Notes: generated from the sequence alone by a model not told the origin. A stretch of DNA of 64,000 bases from Octopus sinensis (GCF_006345805.1 NC_042997.1:169694001-169758000), one strand, 5' to 3'; positions 50,179-64,000 are shown, numbered from the stretch's first letter. Program-made: numbers and translations.

Positions 50179-50335
50179 CCTAGATAAAATGTTTAAAAAT
50201 TCAGTGAAAAGAACTGGTAATCTATAACAGCAAAAAAAAAAAGCAATTAGGAACATTAGTAACATAAGGTAAGTTTGTGTGGTGAGGTGTGGTGTTCATG
50301 GGATTCTGATGTATTGAGCCAGGGCTTTCTACTTA

Positions 50336-50730
50336 ACCCTTTTGTTATCATATTTTTGTTGAAATGTACTCCCTTGTAATTAATTTTCAAAATAAGGAAT
50401 AATTTATTAAAATAACTTTGTAGTTATTAAGTTAAACTTTAGAACATAAATTAACATGGAATCTCAGTGAAAGGTTTTAACTCTTTAGCATTCACATTAT
50501 TTTGTCTAAAGTAATACTTATTTATTTACATTGTTTTAAATTAATCATGCATTATTTGGTAACTTTGAGAGCTTGTATGAGGTGACTGTTAATTTTTAGA
50601 ATGATAATGTAGGGTTGGTGTGAAAGGTCAGATCTGACCAGTTTGAACATAAAACAGATTAAATATTTTGGCTGGATGTGATTGGTTTGAATGCTAAAGG
50701 GTTAATTTAGATCACTTTAAAACAGGGAAT
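50336..50730. mobile_element. TTAA MITE family 2 remnant carrying a nested family 1 MITE (50481-50701)
   Basis: Outer element starts TTAA-CCCTTTTG and resembles the reverse complement of 51908-52127; inner element CTCTTTAG..CTAAAGGG is flanked by TTAA at 50477-50480 and 50702-50705. Confidence 0.7.
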
Positions 50731-50879
50731 TTTGTAGTGTAGAAATAGGGGCAGTCTAAGGTGAGGAGTGATAGGAATTGCTGAAACAAAACCATCTCAC
50801 CCTTGCTGGTATAATAAAATGGGTGAAATTGGGCATGTGTGTCTACTACTATAACCCTGAACTGACCAAAAAATATCAC

Positions 50880-51080
50880 CATGTGTGTGTGTATGTCTGT
50901 GTTTGTCTCTCCTTCATTGCTTGACAACTAGTGTTGATTTGTTACATTCCCAAAACAGATCAAGAGAATAATTATCAATCTTTAATAATAATTTAGAAAT
51001 CCTGGTTGGGGTCAATCTGTTCTGGTAGACCTTCCAGACTGTTCCCCAGCATGGCTGCAGTCCAAGTAAAAAATAAAAGA
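50880..51080 (+). mobile_element. SINE family A 3' half
   Basis: GTGTTTGTCTC..GCTTGACAAC..CCAGCATGGCTGCAGTCC. Confidence 0.65.
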
Positions 51081-51327
51081 TATATTTGTGTATGTGTGTG
51101 CTTACACACACACGCACACACACATCTTTTTTTTATGTATCTCGTATAAATCCTACTACCTATTTCAGTGTAATGCTTAGGTTATCAATCCATATTTATC
51201 AGATTACTCAGTCACATTTTTCTAAACACAACATGGGTTTTATGAGGTAAACATAAGCACAGAAACTCTAGTGTGCATACACATACCCATGCCAGCATGG
51301 AGAAGGGACATTTAAATGATGGTGATG

Positions 51328-51704
51328 ATTTACTCTTTACTCTTTTACTTGTTTCAGTCATTTGACTGTAGCCATGCTGGAGCACCACCTTTAGTTGATC
51401 AAATCGACCCCAGGACTTATTCTTTGTAAGCCTAGTACTTATTCTATTGGTCACTTTTACCGAACTGCTAAGTTACAGGGACGTAAACACACCAGCATTG
51501 GTTGTCAAGCGGTGTTGGTTGGACAAACATGCACACATATATACGACGAGCTTCTTTCAGTTTCCGTCTACCAAATCCACTCACAAGGCTTTGGTCAGCC
51601 CGAGGCTATAGTAGAAGACACTTGCCCAAGATGCCACGCAGTGGGACTGAACCCGGAACCATGTGGTTGGTAAGCAAGCTACTTACCACACAGCCACTCC
51701 TGCA
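51328..51704 (-). mobile_element. SINE family A, well preserved
   Basis: Full reverse-complement copy with a (TACTCTTT)n tail and head CACACAGCCACTCCTGC. Confidence 0.92.
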
Positions 51705-51907
51705 TGTATTTTGTGTGTGTGTGTGTGTGCATGCAAACTGACTCTATATCCCTTTACATCAGTGAAAGCAAATTTGTACCCTTTATTTATTCTTATTTTT
51801 AAAAAAATTTCTGTCATAGATTAATATATCATTTATTCTATTTAGAATTTTCTTTATTTAGTAAATTGATCAAGAAACTTATGAGGTGTTCTATTTCCCA
51901 TATTTAA

Positions 51908-52127
51908 CCCTTTCGTTACCAACCCGGCTAAAACCGGCTTTGGCTCTGTAGTATAAATGTCTTCTTTTCATAAGTTTTCAATTAAAATCTTCCACTAAAT
52001 CTTAGTCACAATTTATGTTCTTAACACTAGCTGAATGATAACTAAGTTATTTTACTAAATTCTTTGTTATATTTAAAATAATTGAAAGAAACACAGAGCA
52101 TCTCAAATAAATACGGTAGCAAAAGGG
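51908..52127. mobile_element. TTAA-flanked MITE family 2
   Basis: TIRs CCCTTTCGTTACC / GGTAGCAAAAGGG; TTAA at 51904-51907 and 52128-52131. Confidence 0.85.
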
Positions 52128-53438
52128 TTAAAGTTTCTATTTTTCAAAATACAATGTGCAGTATTTAAGTTTAGAAGTCAATTTTTTGCTGGTCTTTATT
52201 ACACTTTCGATTGCTATATGTGCATCTGTTTCTGACTAAATGCTTTTCCATGCTGCTTTACAAAATATTTTAGAATACACAATGTGCAACATCCAACATT
52301 TTTATCACCACACAAAATAGAAATCACTAAACAAAGCTAACCTACATAATTCATGGAGAACTAAGATGAATAGACATGTTTGCATTTCTTAAACAGCTGA
52401 CATTTCTTCATTGTTATTGGACTTATTCTCATGGTGTACTATTTTGTCATTGTATTTATTACATTATGTGGACTACCTTGTAAAGTATCCTAAGATATTT
52501 TGTTGTCTCCAGGACAATGTCTTTGGTTGATATTAATATCACATTGAGTTTTATTGAATATTCAGTTGACATTTGACTGTTTTAGTATTCAAATGAAATA
52601 TATAAAGAGCACTCGTATATGTACATGTTGTGTGTGTAACTATACACTGTTTTCTTCTAAGTTTCTTTTGATATTTTTTTTCATCAGCCAAATAATATTA
52701 AACATCTTCAAATTAAGAACAAAATTATCTTAGTATTATTGAAAAAAAATCATTTATTCAAATTATCTGAGGATAGTAGCCTGATAGTCATGCATTGAAA
52801 ATGTTACAAAAAATATTTTGTTTTTCACTCAAATATTTGCTGTTGCTAACTTTTACTATAGGTTGCCCACTATGCTCTAAATGGCAAGTTCATTCATTTA
52901 AAATATATTTTTTTTAAGTTGCCAGTTTTGAAAACAGGTTTTCTGTCTTAATTATGAATTAAGAACTTAATTCTTGAATAAATTTGAAAAATTTGTAAGA
53001 ACACTTTTATGAGAATATCTAAGAATATCTTCTGTTCATCTTAAATGTTAATGGTTTTTCTTCTTCCATAATATAACTTTGTTGATTTGGAAGACTTGAG
53101 AGTCTATTTCCAAACTCATACTAAATGTTGACTGAAGGAAATGTGTTTAGAAAAAGAAATGTAACTTAAATTGAAGGAGCAAGGTTAATTGGGTGAGATT
53201 CGATTGCTTTAATGAGATGAGAAATCAATATGATAAATTAGAAATGTAAAGGCTTTTATCAAAAATCTTTTATAGGATTGGTGAACAAAATCTAACAGAA
53301 ACAGTTGGCTGATAAGGTGGTTTTCTCCTAAATTAAAAAAAAAAGTATCAGATGTCAAATATTAAATCTTAGCATTTGGTAGTAAAATAGAAAAATCTTC
53401 CTATTTAATAGTGGTGCTATACTTCTTATTTGTCAACC

Positions 53439-53544
53439 CTAAAAGACAAACTTAATCTTGACAGTATTTGAATTCAAAGCACAGGCAACTAAAAGACAAA
53501 CTTAATCTTGACAGTATTTGAATTCAAAGCACAGGCAACTAAAA
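53439..53544 (+). repeat. Exact 50-bp tandem duplication
   Basis: CTAAAAGACAAACTTAATCTTGACAGTATTTGAATTCAAAGCACAGGCAA twice, within a decayed SINE-B-like fragment. Confidence 0.95.
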
Positions 53545-53848
53545 CAAAGACATTTTAGTCTCAAATTTATTATAAAATTTATGTATCACCATGTTTGGTG
53601 ATCACATAAAATTTGATATTCCCTTTAAGAAAATATCCCATTGTACCTGAATAAAATAATAAAACATTACAACATAAAAGAGCAGCTTAGCTATAGCAGA
53701 AATAAAAAACAAGCTACCTGAATGTTTAAGCATAAATTAAAGTGGAAGTGAATAGTGAAAAAAACATTAATATTCTAGACAACAGCTGAAGAAAGGTTAC
53801 CTACTAATTGGCATGAAGTAGCTCACTAACAAACTCCAACCTCTAATC

Positions 53849-54049
53849 CAGTGCTTTTCAAATGTTTTGCTGGAGCGGAAGCCCAAGGAGACATTCCACT
53901 GGCTCGAGGAACCCCTGTGCAATAATTTAATAGTCTTATGCACACATATCTGCACAGGAGAATTAAAAATTACTGCCAATTTTAGCAGTTTTGTAACTTC
54001 TTGCGGAACCCCTGAACTGTACTGGCGGAACCCTGGTTGAAAACTACTG
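53849..54049. mobile_element. hAT-type MITE (201 bp), inverted sister of 18436-18636
   Basis: CAGTGCTTTTCAA..TTGAAAACTACTG TIRs; exact TSD CTCTAATC. Confidence 0.9.
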
Positions 54050-55345
54050 CTCTAATCCGTAGATGTGTTGTTGCCTCTCTTTCCATCTCAATACTACTGT
54101 AGCCTCTTCTTTTCAGGACTGGTTGGCCTCATGCCACCTCCACTCAAGCATTCTCAACTCATCTCTTCTGCATATTCTAGCCACTCCCTACTTCTCATGT
54201 GTATAACCACTAATTGAGAAATTGGACTACCTTTGTTGGGATAGTGCTTAGGGGATGTATGTCAAGTTCGCGTTCATTACCATCAAAGACATTATTTCTT
54301 GCACAGGTTTTCACATCTTTATTTCCTTACTGATGTTAGCAGACTTCAGTTCCTATAAAGCCCTGAATTCTGTGTTGTCTGCAAATCTTTTGGCTTCATT
54401 AATTATCATTATTAAATGTGAATTATCCTCTCATCTATCATTCAGTGCTTTTATTTTTTTTTTAAAGTCCTTCAAGTTCTTGTTCCTATGAGAATGAATT
54501 ATGAAACCATGTATACTGTTTTTGAAGTATAATCAATCTCTTGGTCATCTGCTTGCTTTTGTCATTCACTGATAATTTTGTGACCCCGTCAATTCTTGTT
54601 GCTGCTGGCACTATACTTTCCAGTTTAATCTACCACTTTCAGCTTCTAAACAATAGTCTTCTGGATACTTTTCTTCTAATCATAATCATTGTGGATAAAT
54701 GAGTCTTCCAGTCTTTAGTATCTACACTATACTGTTATGATCTTTATTTATTGTAATAATTTACACATTATAGTAAACCTTCCAAGTGCACTGAAATAAC
54801 AGTTTATAATGAGCATCAGTGCATATTTTTCACTGTGCACTGTTACATGATATTGATGCTACCCTGTAAGCATTGCTAAAAAAGAATTTCTGTACAGCTT
54901 CAATGAAAAGACTTAAGGTAGGGGTGTCTATTATGAAGATATAATAATGACCATAACAATTCACTAACAGCTATTGCTTAACTTTAAGAATTTAAGAATT
55001 TAGTACTGTACAAAATAAATTGTCTCAGGACAACCAGATTTAAATTCTATAAGAATTTTTTTTTTTTGGATTTTAAATTAAAGTTGCATCAATTAAAAAA
55101 AAATAAGGATACTTGATTAATTATTGCAATATTACTTGGGCAAAGGAGAAGATATAGTTATTCAAAGCAATCAACAGTTTGGAGAAATATTAGTCAGCAA
55201 GTGGTTTCAGATTTGCTTGTAACATTCTGGACTGTTTGCTTGGGCTTCAATACATAATATACACCATCAAATATGATAAATGATTCATTCCAGTTAATGG
55301 TGGTAACTTAAAACATCTCCATAGGTCTGTCAGTAATGTATTTAA

Positions 55346-55564
55346 CTCTTTAGCATTCAGATTACTATCAAACATAATGCTTATTTATTCACATTGTTTT
55401 GAAGTAATCCTGCATTATCTTGTCACTAAGGGACTTTCATGATGTGATTGCTTATTTTTAGAATAACAGTGTAGGATAGGTGTGAGGGTGCCAGATCAGG
55501 CCAGTTCTAACATAGAATTGGTAGAACATGTTGGCTGGATATGGCCGGTTTGAATGCTAAAGGG
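55346..55564. mobile_element. TTAA-flanked MITE family 1
   Basis: CTCTTTAG..CTAAAGGG with TTAA on both sides; homologous to 11439-11659 in the opposite orientation. Confidence 0.85.
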
Positions 55565-55849
55565 TTAATGTACAAAAATATATAGTATCTTATCAGGAAA
55601 TAGGGTTGAATCAGTAGAACATGAGAAGCCCAACAAAGAAACCATATATATTAACCACATCTCTGCTGTAATTAGAAATCTAGTCTCAAGTATCAGTAAA
55701 AGAACCTGTAACCTTTCAGCAGTCAGAGAAATCTTTAACACAGCTACCACTCATTACAATTAGGCATTAGCAAGGAGTGGATTCACTGAGAAATTAATAT
55801 GTGGAAGATCCCCCCACCCCTCCACTCCAAGATAACCAAAAAGCAAAAG

Positions 55850-56200
55850 ATAATCTGTTTCACCTTCCATTTAACTTAAAAGTTTCTACCAACATTGCTA
55901 GGAGATTCCTGTTGTTAACCAAGAAGCATTTCCCTACAGACCATAAGTCCTATAAGCTCTTCAAACCCTACTACATTAAGATTAGTTACTTCTGCTTAGA
56001 CAACATTGCTGCTAACATTCCATGCTACAATAGATGCAAGCATACACATACCCCTATCTATAATTTCTGAAATGCTACCAGCTGCCCTCCTGGAGTATCC
56101 TGCCCTTCAAGGCAGTGGTCTATAGAGCCACCTTCACACTATCTGATGGCATCACAAGTTGTCCTCCAAATGCAGGGATAGGAACAACTCCTCCAATATC
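55850..56200 (+). pseudogene. Second PLE lineage: RT-endonuclease linker and start of GIY-YIG, decayed
   Basis: PFNLKVSTNIARRFLLLTKKHFPTDHKSYKLF...IKISYFCLDNI resembles the PLE linker PYSxxVxTNIGxxFLxLIxKHFP..H.L.KIFN..TIKISYSCMxN; then AVVYRAT in a shifted frame. Confidence 0.7.
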
Positions 56201-56925
56201 AAATGGTGTATCACTGATAGGGCACCAGGGCTAATAATTACCAACTCTGCCTTTACGAAAGACTATATTTTCTCTACCAATCTGTAGTATCCATCAACAG
56301 GAAGAGTGGACTATAATGCCACCAGAGATATGTCCTGCTAGTGGAGTTCAAGCCACTAACTGACAATAATTCAGATATATCACCTTAGGTCTTGCTACCC
56401 CACACACAAGGGCAGGTTACTTAACCCCCTGTTACTTGTACAGGCCACAGATTTATTCATGCAGATCATCTAGCCTTTCTTTATTCTTTCTTTACCTAGC
56501 ACCAACAAATCTTAATCCAATGAGAGATCTGGTCATTCCCTCCAAATTGCTACCACAACTAATTGACAATAAATACAGCAGATCAATACCCCAGCACATG
56601 TGCACTGCTGTCCCATATGTGCAACCACCAGATACACACTTCTATTCACACATGCAAGATGTGAACTCACATACACAACAGAGACATATACATGTTCATA
56701 CACATTCACCAGATATATAAATAGATAAACTTCTGACCAGCTGTACCTCTCAGTTGTAAAATGAACACACACACACAGCTGATACAAATGCACACATATG
56801 CATGTACATTCACGTGCACACACCACATGTACGCACACACACATCAGGTACATACATACACCAATAAACTGATATCAGCAATGCTCTCTCATAGACACAC
56901 ACATGCACACACACAGCAGTTAAAT

Positions 56926-57340
56926 CTCTCTTTACTCTTTTACTTGTTTCAGTCATTTGACTGCGGCCATGCTGGAGCACCGCCTTTTTTTTAAATCGAG
57001 CAATTCGACCCCGGGACTTATTCTTTGTAAGCCCAGTACTTATTCTATCGGTCTCTTTTGCCGAACCACTAAGTGACAGCGACGTAAACACACCAGCATC
57101 GGTTGTCAAGCAATGCTAGGGGGACAAACACAGACACACAAACATACACCCACACACACATATATATATACATATATACGACAGGCTTCTTCCAGCTTCC
57201 ATCTACAAAATCCACTCACAAGGCTTTGGTCGGCCTGAGTCTATAGCAGAAGACACTCACCCAAGGTGCCACGCAGTGGGACTGAACCTGGAATCATGTG
57301 GTTGGTAACAAGCTACTTACTACACAGCCACTCCTGCGCC
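56926..57340 (-). mobile_element. SINE family A, young
   Basis: Full reverse-complement copy with many CpGs retained. Confidence 0.92.
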
Positions 57341-57570
57341 TATGCATGCATGTACTAGATATACACATCCACATATGCAGCAGATACACCTGACACAAAT
57401 CACATACATTCACACACATTAGGCGCACCCAGCGCTGGATTAACCATTAAGTAAAATATGCATATGTTTAAGGCATCAGGGGAAATAGGACACCTCAGAA
57501 ATGGTAAATGGTTTGCAGCACAAAAGAAATCTCTTTAAACTTGTTAAAATAATAATCAGAATGGTTTATA

Positions 57571-57968
57571 GGTGCAGGAGTGGCTGTGTGGTAAGTAGCT
57601 TGCTAACCAACCACATGGTTCCGGGTTCAGTCCCACTGCGTGGCAGCTTGGGCAAGTGTCTTCTGCTATATCCCCGGGCCGACCAATGCCCCTTGAGTGG
57701 ATTTGGTAGACGGAAACTGAAAGAAGCCTGTCATATATATGTATATATAAATATATATATGTGTGTGTGTGTTTGTCCCCCTAGCATTGCTTGACAACCG
57801 ATGCTGGTGTGTTTACGTCCTCGTCACTTAGTGGTTCGGCAAACAGACCAATAGAATAAGTACTGGGCTTACAAAGAATAAGTCCCGGGGTCGATTTGCT
57901 CGACTAAAGGCGGTGCTCCAGCATGGCCGCAGTCAAATGACTGAAACAACTAAAAGAGTAAAGAGAGT
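57571..57968 (+). mobile_element. SINE family A, young
   Basis: GGAGTGGCTGTGTGGTAAG head, GGGTTCAGTCCC B box-like motif, (AAAGAGT)n tail. Confidence 0.92.
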
Positions 57969-58289
57969 ATATGATTAGAAATGTAATTTTGAAGTGTTCA
58001 TGGTCTCATAGCAAGGATCTAATCAAAGTCTTTTGCAATTAAAAAAAATGGAGAAAATTTTTTTAAATATCAAGTGGATGAATACAAAGTAAACATTATT
58101 TTCCATCTTATGGTTAGTTTTGCTTCACTTTGAAAAATAAATATTTACTTTATGGTTTATATTTTGAATTACAGATATATATATATATATATATATATAT
58201 ACAGGGGCACCAAAATCTTTTAAGTGTTTAGGGCCTCTATGGTCTTATGCCAGCACTATATGTGAGCATGTACATGTGTGTCTGTGTAT

Positions 58290-58440
58290 TTGTGATATCA
58301 GATCACTGGTGTATTAATATCTGAAAGGATGAAAGGAAAAGTTGTCCATGATGGCATTTGAACTCAGAATGTAAAGTTGGAAGAAATGTTGCTTAGCATT
58401 TTGTCCAGCATTGTAATGATTCTGCCAGCTCACCACCTTA
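58290..58440 (-). mobile_element. SINE family B 5' part
   Basis: GATTCTGCCAGCTCACCACC is the reverse complement of the GGTGGTGAGCTGGCAGAATC head. Confidence 0.75.
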
Positions 58441-61400
58441 CTACTATTACTAGTATTAAATATCAAATGATCACACCCATACACACATATAACGATAATG
58501 AATATATCTATGTGTATATTATATATGAAGTTATTACATGTTAAGTGTAGATTTCTGTACTTGATTTGGAAGACGGATGTAATAGAGGATCCCACTCAAA
58601 GAAAATGAAACGTACTTATGTAGAGTATTTCATTGCGTTTTTAACATTTAGAGACCCAATTTACATGAAGACAGTTTTTTGTTCACAAGCAAATTTGAAT
58701 TCAAGTTAAAATTTATAAATCTGAATTTTCAGAAAGTGCTTTATTGTTTAGTAGAATAGTAAACAATCATTTCAGCTAACTCAGAATCTTTTATGAAAGT
58801 AAATGATATTCCTTTCAAATTAATTGGGATCTAAAAATATTTCTTTCATCAAGGAAGCCATATAGTTTTATAATGAATGCAAAAAGCAAATATTTAAGTG
58901 CTGATTTCACTTTAACAGATTTGCCAGAAATTTTGTGTATCTACTGAAGCATTATAGACAGCACATCAATCAATCAAATAATTGACATCACCAAGAGCAG
59001 AGTTTCATGTTTATTTTCCATATACGAAGAACTGTATATGTTGAATCTATTATTAACATCTATTAGATTAATTGATTGAGTTAGGCATAATGTTTTCTTA
59101 GGGAGGCTCTGAGCATCTAGCTAAAAGAAAGAAAAAAAAGTTCAGATTCTACTATTGTTATTGTGTTACACTTGAAAAAACATTTTTCTACTGCCAGTAT
59201 TCTTACTGCCTGATTATTTACTGGTTGCTCTCTGAGAAAGATAAGATAAGGCTGCAGTGGTTTGAGTTTATTGATTAAAACAATCATGCATAACATATTG
59301 TGCTTTTAGATAAGACATTTTTCTCTAAATATATTAGTCTTCTGGCAGTTAGGGTCCAACAGTCATCAGTTCAAACCATATAACTGATGTTGGGCTGTTT
59401 GGAGTGGAAGATATTTTTAGTTAATATTTACATCTCTAATCTCTCCTATTGGAGCGGAAATGTTTAAAATGATGTTACATTCATTTTTCATTTATGGTGA
59501 TTAATTTTAAGTGTGACTGCAGAACATGCACATCTTTTAAGTGAGACTTTCATTTATTAGCATCATATTTTGTTGTAAATCTATACATTTTGTGAATTAT
59601 TTAATTTGATTTGGCCAAAATAAAAGGGAAAGAAGTGTTACATATTTTCTTGTTTAAATATCAATTGATTTTACTTCCATTGACGATTGCTACTTCTGCC
59701 GCTGCCACTACTACTGGTTATTTCACACTGTTCTTCCTCCTGGCTAAGCTATCATCAATTAAACTTTCTGTTTAAGTACTTGCCCTTATCTATTAGAACA
59801 AAAAGTATTATGTTATTGATTAAGCTAAGTTTCCAGACACAGCTGTATCAGCTTATTGTTACTATGTTGTAAATTCCATTATTTTCTCAAAATATTTCCT
59901 CATAATTATCTAAAATACTTGAAATTCAAATAAGCTGAAGTTTAGAAAGTTATGCTGAGGGTATGATTATTTTAAAACAAGCAAATTAGAGCATCTGTCT
60001 TTTAAAAATACATGTTCACCAATATTATTTTCAGAGTCAATCATATTAGCTTAGTTTTCCAACAATATAATTTGTATTAAGCTATATTAAGCTGATTTAG
60101 ATCACAAATTATCCACCTTTTGTTTAAACCAAAGCTTAGAAAAGCTGATATTAAAGCTTCTTATGAATTTGTTAATTTTTATTTGTAGCTATATAAAGGC
60201 AGTTAGAATACTGTATAATATTTGAGACAATTCAGTACATGGAGGTGAATTCAAATCAGTGTTAGTGTGAATTATATAATAAAGTGTATACTTGAAATTT
60301 GACTACAATCATGCCTTGTTTTAACCTACACCTTGGTAATAAAGTTTTCAACTTTACTAGATTTTAGTTTGATAGTGAGTGATTTTTACAGAATGCACAA
60401 CATATCAAATGGCAAGAGGAAAAGCAGATAAAATTTATTTGTTATCCTTTTTTTTATGTAATAACTGTGAGAAGTTATGTATGGGTATAGCAATTTTTAA
60501 AACATTGAAAAAGAATTGATGAAAGAAATCTGAAAGAAGTCAAAACATATGTGACTATACAGAAACACAATCAAAGAAAAATTAAAGAACAAAGCCAGGA
60601 AAGAACCATGTCTGTGTTCTATGGATGTTACCAACCTGTGTTTATCAGTATGTTATGAAATCTCAATTCTGCCATTTTATGATATTTAATGCATTTTGTA
60701 TCACACATTATTGATTTGTATTTGTCCATTTCAATAATATGCAGTAAAGGTATTTTCAGTTTGTTTTTTTAAGTTATGAAATGGATCCCAGATTTTCATA
60801 TTTTATTTTATCTCATTTCCTCACTATAACATATAAAGTAAAATATATTACACTAAAATAACCTATATATTTTAATCATTAAAAGGTGAGTTATGTTTTT
60901 TAGACAATATTTTCACTAAAGATGTCTTAAGAGCATATTTAACTCTGCATGTAAGGATATACTCTCTGATAGATTGAAATTCGAATAGTTTATCAGCTTA
61001 GGATTCTTAACCACTATAGGGACATGCATAAATATGTGTGTTATAAAGTTTTAGTTTGAAATTGAACTAGACTAGAATAACATACACACAGAGTAATAAG
61101 ATTTGATATTTAGTTGGCTAAAATTATTGACACTGCTTGCTCACTTTGTCCTTATATTCCTACAGGAAAAGTAATGTTTTTTGATATATTTATTAAAGAA
61201 ATGGTTTGGAAGTAATAAAGATTGTTTATTTTTCTGAAATATAGTACAAGTAAATCTAGACTCATTACATATGAGTCTGTTTTAACAGTAAACTCTGATC
61301 TGAGGCAGTTGATAAATATTAACCTCTTTAAAAACATTCTTCATTATTCATTAATTTCTGTGCAGTCACTGTATCTAAAGTTATCACCGACAGCAAAGGT

Positions 61401-61848
61401 ATGCTTTTGCTATCAGTAATAACTTCAGATATGTTTTTCTTAACTGTATAGAAAATGATAAAATAATGTTAAAATATAGGAAACTTTGTTTACTTTTATA
61501 TATAGTAGACTTAGTATTGAACAGTCTTAAAATGAAACCTGAGTTTAAATTTCAAGAGTATACAAGCTGAAAAGTTATCTGGCCTCTTTGATCTGCACTT
61601 CTGTATTTCTGAACACCCTCCTCTCTCTTTCTTCTCTCTCTCTCACGCACATACACACACACTAAAAGGCAAGGGAGACAGTGACTGAAACAAAGAATTC
61701 TGTATATACATAGATCCAAAATTACTTGCGCTGTTATCAATATCTGTACCATTTCATTAAAATGTCATCTGTGATGAAAGTAAATCTAACAGACTTTTAA
61801 CATGTGACTTTGGGTTATAAAATAATGATTATTAGATTTATTCTTATA

Positions 61849-62544
61849 CTAGCAGCATAGCCCGGCGTTGCCCGGGTATGTAAGAGCCCCTAGTAGGCAA
61901 CGACTAATCCCAATCTAGTCCTTTCCCTCTAGGGAACGAAGGCGCATGTGTAGGTTGCAATGTCTTCTCTTCACTCCCAAATAACTATCAAACGGCTATC
62001 GATAATTCAACCCAACCAATTCCTACCAGGAAGAAATTACATTCGAGACTTTACCCCCACTTCTGCTAATAGCTGCTGCAGCCGCAAGTTATTCGAATAC
62101 TATTTTTGTTTACACTTTCTTTATAACTACCACCCCAAACGTTTTACCTTAAATTTTTGACGTACCCTAAGGGTCCTTGGACGCTACTTGCAAACTCTTG
62201 GTTTATTATAAACCGCTTTTGTCGTGTGCATCAAAAAACCTTTTCCATTCGTTTGTTCAGTTTGGTCACTTTTGACTTTTTCGTTGTCACTCACATTGCT
62301 GCCCGCTTTTTTGCCGTTTTTGTACATTTTTATACATTTTTGGATACTTACCCCACGTGTTCCGAGAGTTAAAAAGGTCGAGTTGCGTCCCCTAGACAGT
62401 CTGTAGAAAATGTGTTGCATATAAAAAGCTTAGATTCTCGACCCGTGTCAAGTTTCATCAGAATCGGTTGAAAGCCGTGGTCAGGGTGAGGGTACAACCT
62501 GACAGACACACAGACAGACAAACTGCCATTTATATAGGGAGAGA
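61849..62544 (-). mobile_element. Non-autonomous Helitron (696 bp)
   Basis: Minus-strand 5' TCTCTCCCTATATAAATGGCAGTTTGTCTGTCTG; 3' CCCGGGCAACGCCGGG hairpin then CTAG; A|T insertion site; no TSD. Confidence 0.85.
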
Positions 62545-62814
62545 TTATGCCTTTCTCTTCACTCTGTTAGAGGTAGATATGTTTTTAATTCTTCACTATT
62601 GTAAATTTGTAAATTTATATAAATATAAAAATATAAAAAGAAAAAATATAAAAGAAAAAAAAGTTAATTGTTGAGGAATGTCCAATTTAAGGACTTTATC
62701 AATAACAGAAAATGGGGAGGTTATGAATATCAGAATTTATGTTTGTGAAATGATTACATATTATGAATGGATACTATAAATATTCATTCTAATACATATG
62801 TACACATACTTAAT

Positions 62815-63300
62815 CATCATCATTAAAGTCTGTGTTCCATGCTGGCATAAAGTGGACAGGTTGACAGGATCTACTGATCCAGACTATGTTGGGTCCAGTG
62901 TCTAATTTGATGGAAGCTCTATCTCAGTGGTTCCCAAACTATGAGTCGCGACTCACAGATGGGTCGCGAACGGAATCTTAGTGGGTCACAAAAAGTTATA
63001 AAATTAACGCATTAGCTTTGATTAACTGCTGTCTATCGAGATAGTTCAAGACTTATAAGTGGATCATCATAAACTGGTGTGATAAATTGTGGGTCGCAAC
63101 TCAAAAAAGTTTGGGAACCACTGCTCTATCTAATTAGGTGGCTGGAGGCTCTGTCTAATGTCAACCACTTCACAGAGTGTACTAAGTGCTTTTTCATGGT
63201 ACCAACACTAATAAGGTTACCAAGGAACTCACAAGACAAGAACCCACAACTGAGTGAGGGTGCAGTTTTGAGGGAGGTAGCTCTGTACCAGCCGTCAGGA
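62815..63300 (-). mobile_element. Old RTE-related 3' fragment interrupted by a hAT MITE
   Basis: (CAT)n then TTCCATGCTGGCAT; homology resumes after 63131. Confidence 0.55.
62925..63123. mobile_element. hAT-type MITE (199 bp)
   Basis: TIRs CAGTGGTTCCCAAACT / AGTTTGGGAACCACTG (16 bp, perfect); exact TSD CTCTATCT. Confidence 0.92.
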
Positions 63301-64000
63301 GAATAAAATATGAAAGAGGAACAGATGTCTTATGTTGAGGAGATATGGCTTACCCAGCAGGAAAGGAAGAAAGGATGATGGCAATAAGGGATATGGTCTC
63401 AGTAGGTGTGATTAGTTTATGGCATATACTATTCATTTTACTGTTGCTATTAAAATTTACTTAACAGTTATACCTGACATCTTATGTATGTAGAGCTAGC
63501 AGGGAAGTGTTTATCGATTCAATTTAGAAAGGTTTTTATTGTATAGAACTTCATGTTTAGCTGGTAAGAGGATGTAAGCTAAGTTATATTTCAGTACCTT
63601 TTCTTTATCTGATAGGTGAATCTGGGTTGGAGTATAATTGACCTTGTCTCATTTTTAAGGCATCATTATAATAAGGGCTGACTTGTCAAAGATTTCTTCA
63701 GAAATACATAATACTTTCATTTATACTATTAATAGAATTTTTGAATCCTATAATTGGGTAGCATCAACCTGTATCAATATAAGTGAGCTTTTCAATTGGT
63801 TTTCTGAAATTTATCTATGACTATATTTGTTGTTGTTATATTTAAGGCCAAAGTACAGAATGAGGCCGAAGTACTAAATGTTGAATGAGATTTCCCTTAG
63901 TGTATTTAGTGTATGCCTGTTTGAATTTTTATAGACAACTAATTCATCATTTCTTTGAAGGCCAATGTCTACAAAAATAAATCTTTTATTCAATGTATAG

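Noticed and set aside
54100-54720. Possible LINE RT remnant (FADNTE-like on minus)
   Set aside because: Too degenerate to assign; no second motif confirmed.
62450-62470. CTGATGA core-like match (also near 11404 and 34983)
   Set aside because: No helix II, GAAA and helix III arrangement around these matches.

Overview
AT-rich, repeat-dense eukaryotic DNA. Its SINE/LINE landscape closely resembles octopus (cephalopod) genomes; this rests on my recognition of the repeats, not on a database search. No intact host gene is demonstrable, only a few candidate micro-exons. The window is a mosaic of RTE-type LINEs (three RT-bearing 5'-truncated copies and many 3' fragments, mostly beside (TA)n tracts), tRNA-head SINEs, Penelope-like element (PLE) remnants, a Ty3/Gypsy remnant with a nested pogo-like transposon, a piggyBac transposase remnant, hAT and TTAA MITEs, two non-autonomous Helitrons and compound microsatellites. 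The most interesting signal is a near-identical 600-bp tandem repeat (20962-22096) with a 5' fold-back. Each copy carries an intact minimal type I hammerhead ribozyme on the minus strand with a palindromic helix III loop, the architecture of a dimer-activated retrozyme or PLE pseudo-LTR that could release a 600-nt RNA. Three more decayed hammerheads occur in other PLE-like repeats, each with a different palindromic loop. Second, the RTE reverse transcriptase carries a C4HC3 PHD-like finger inside its C-terminal part.
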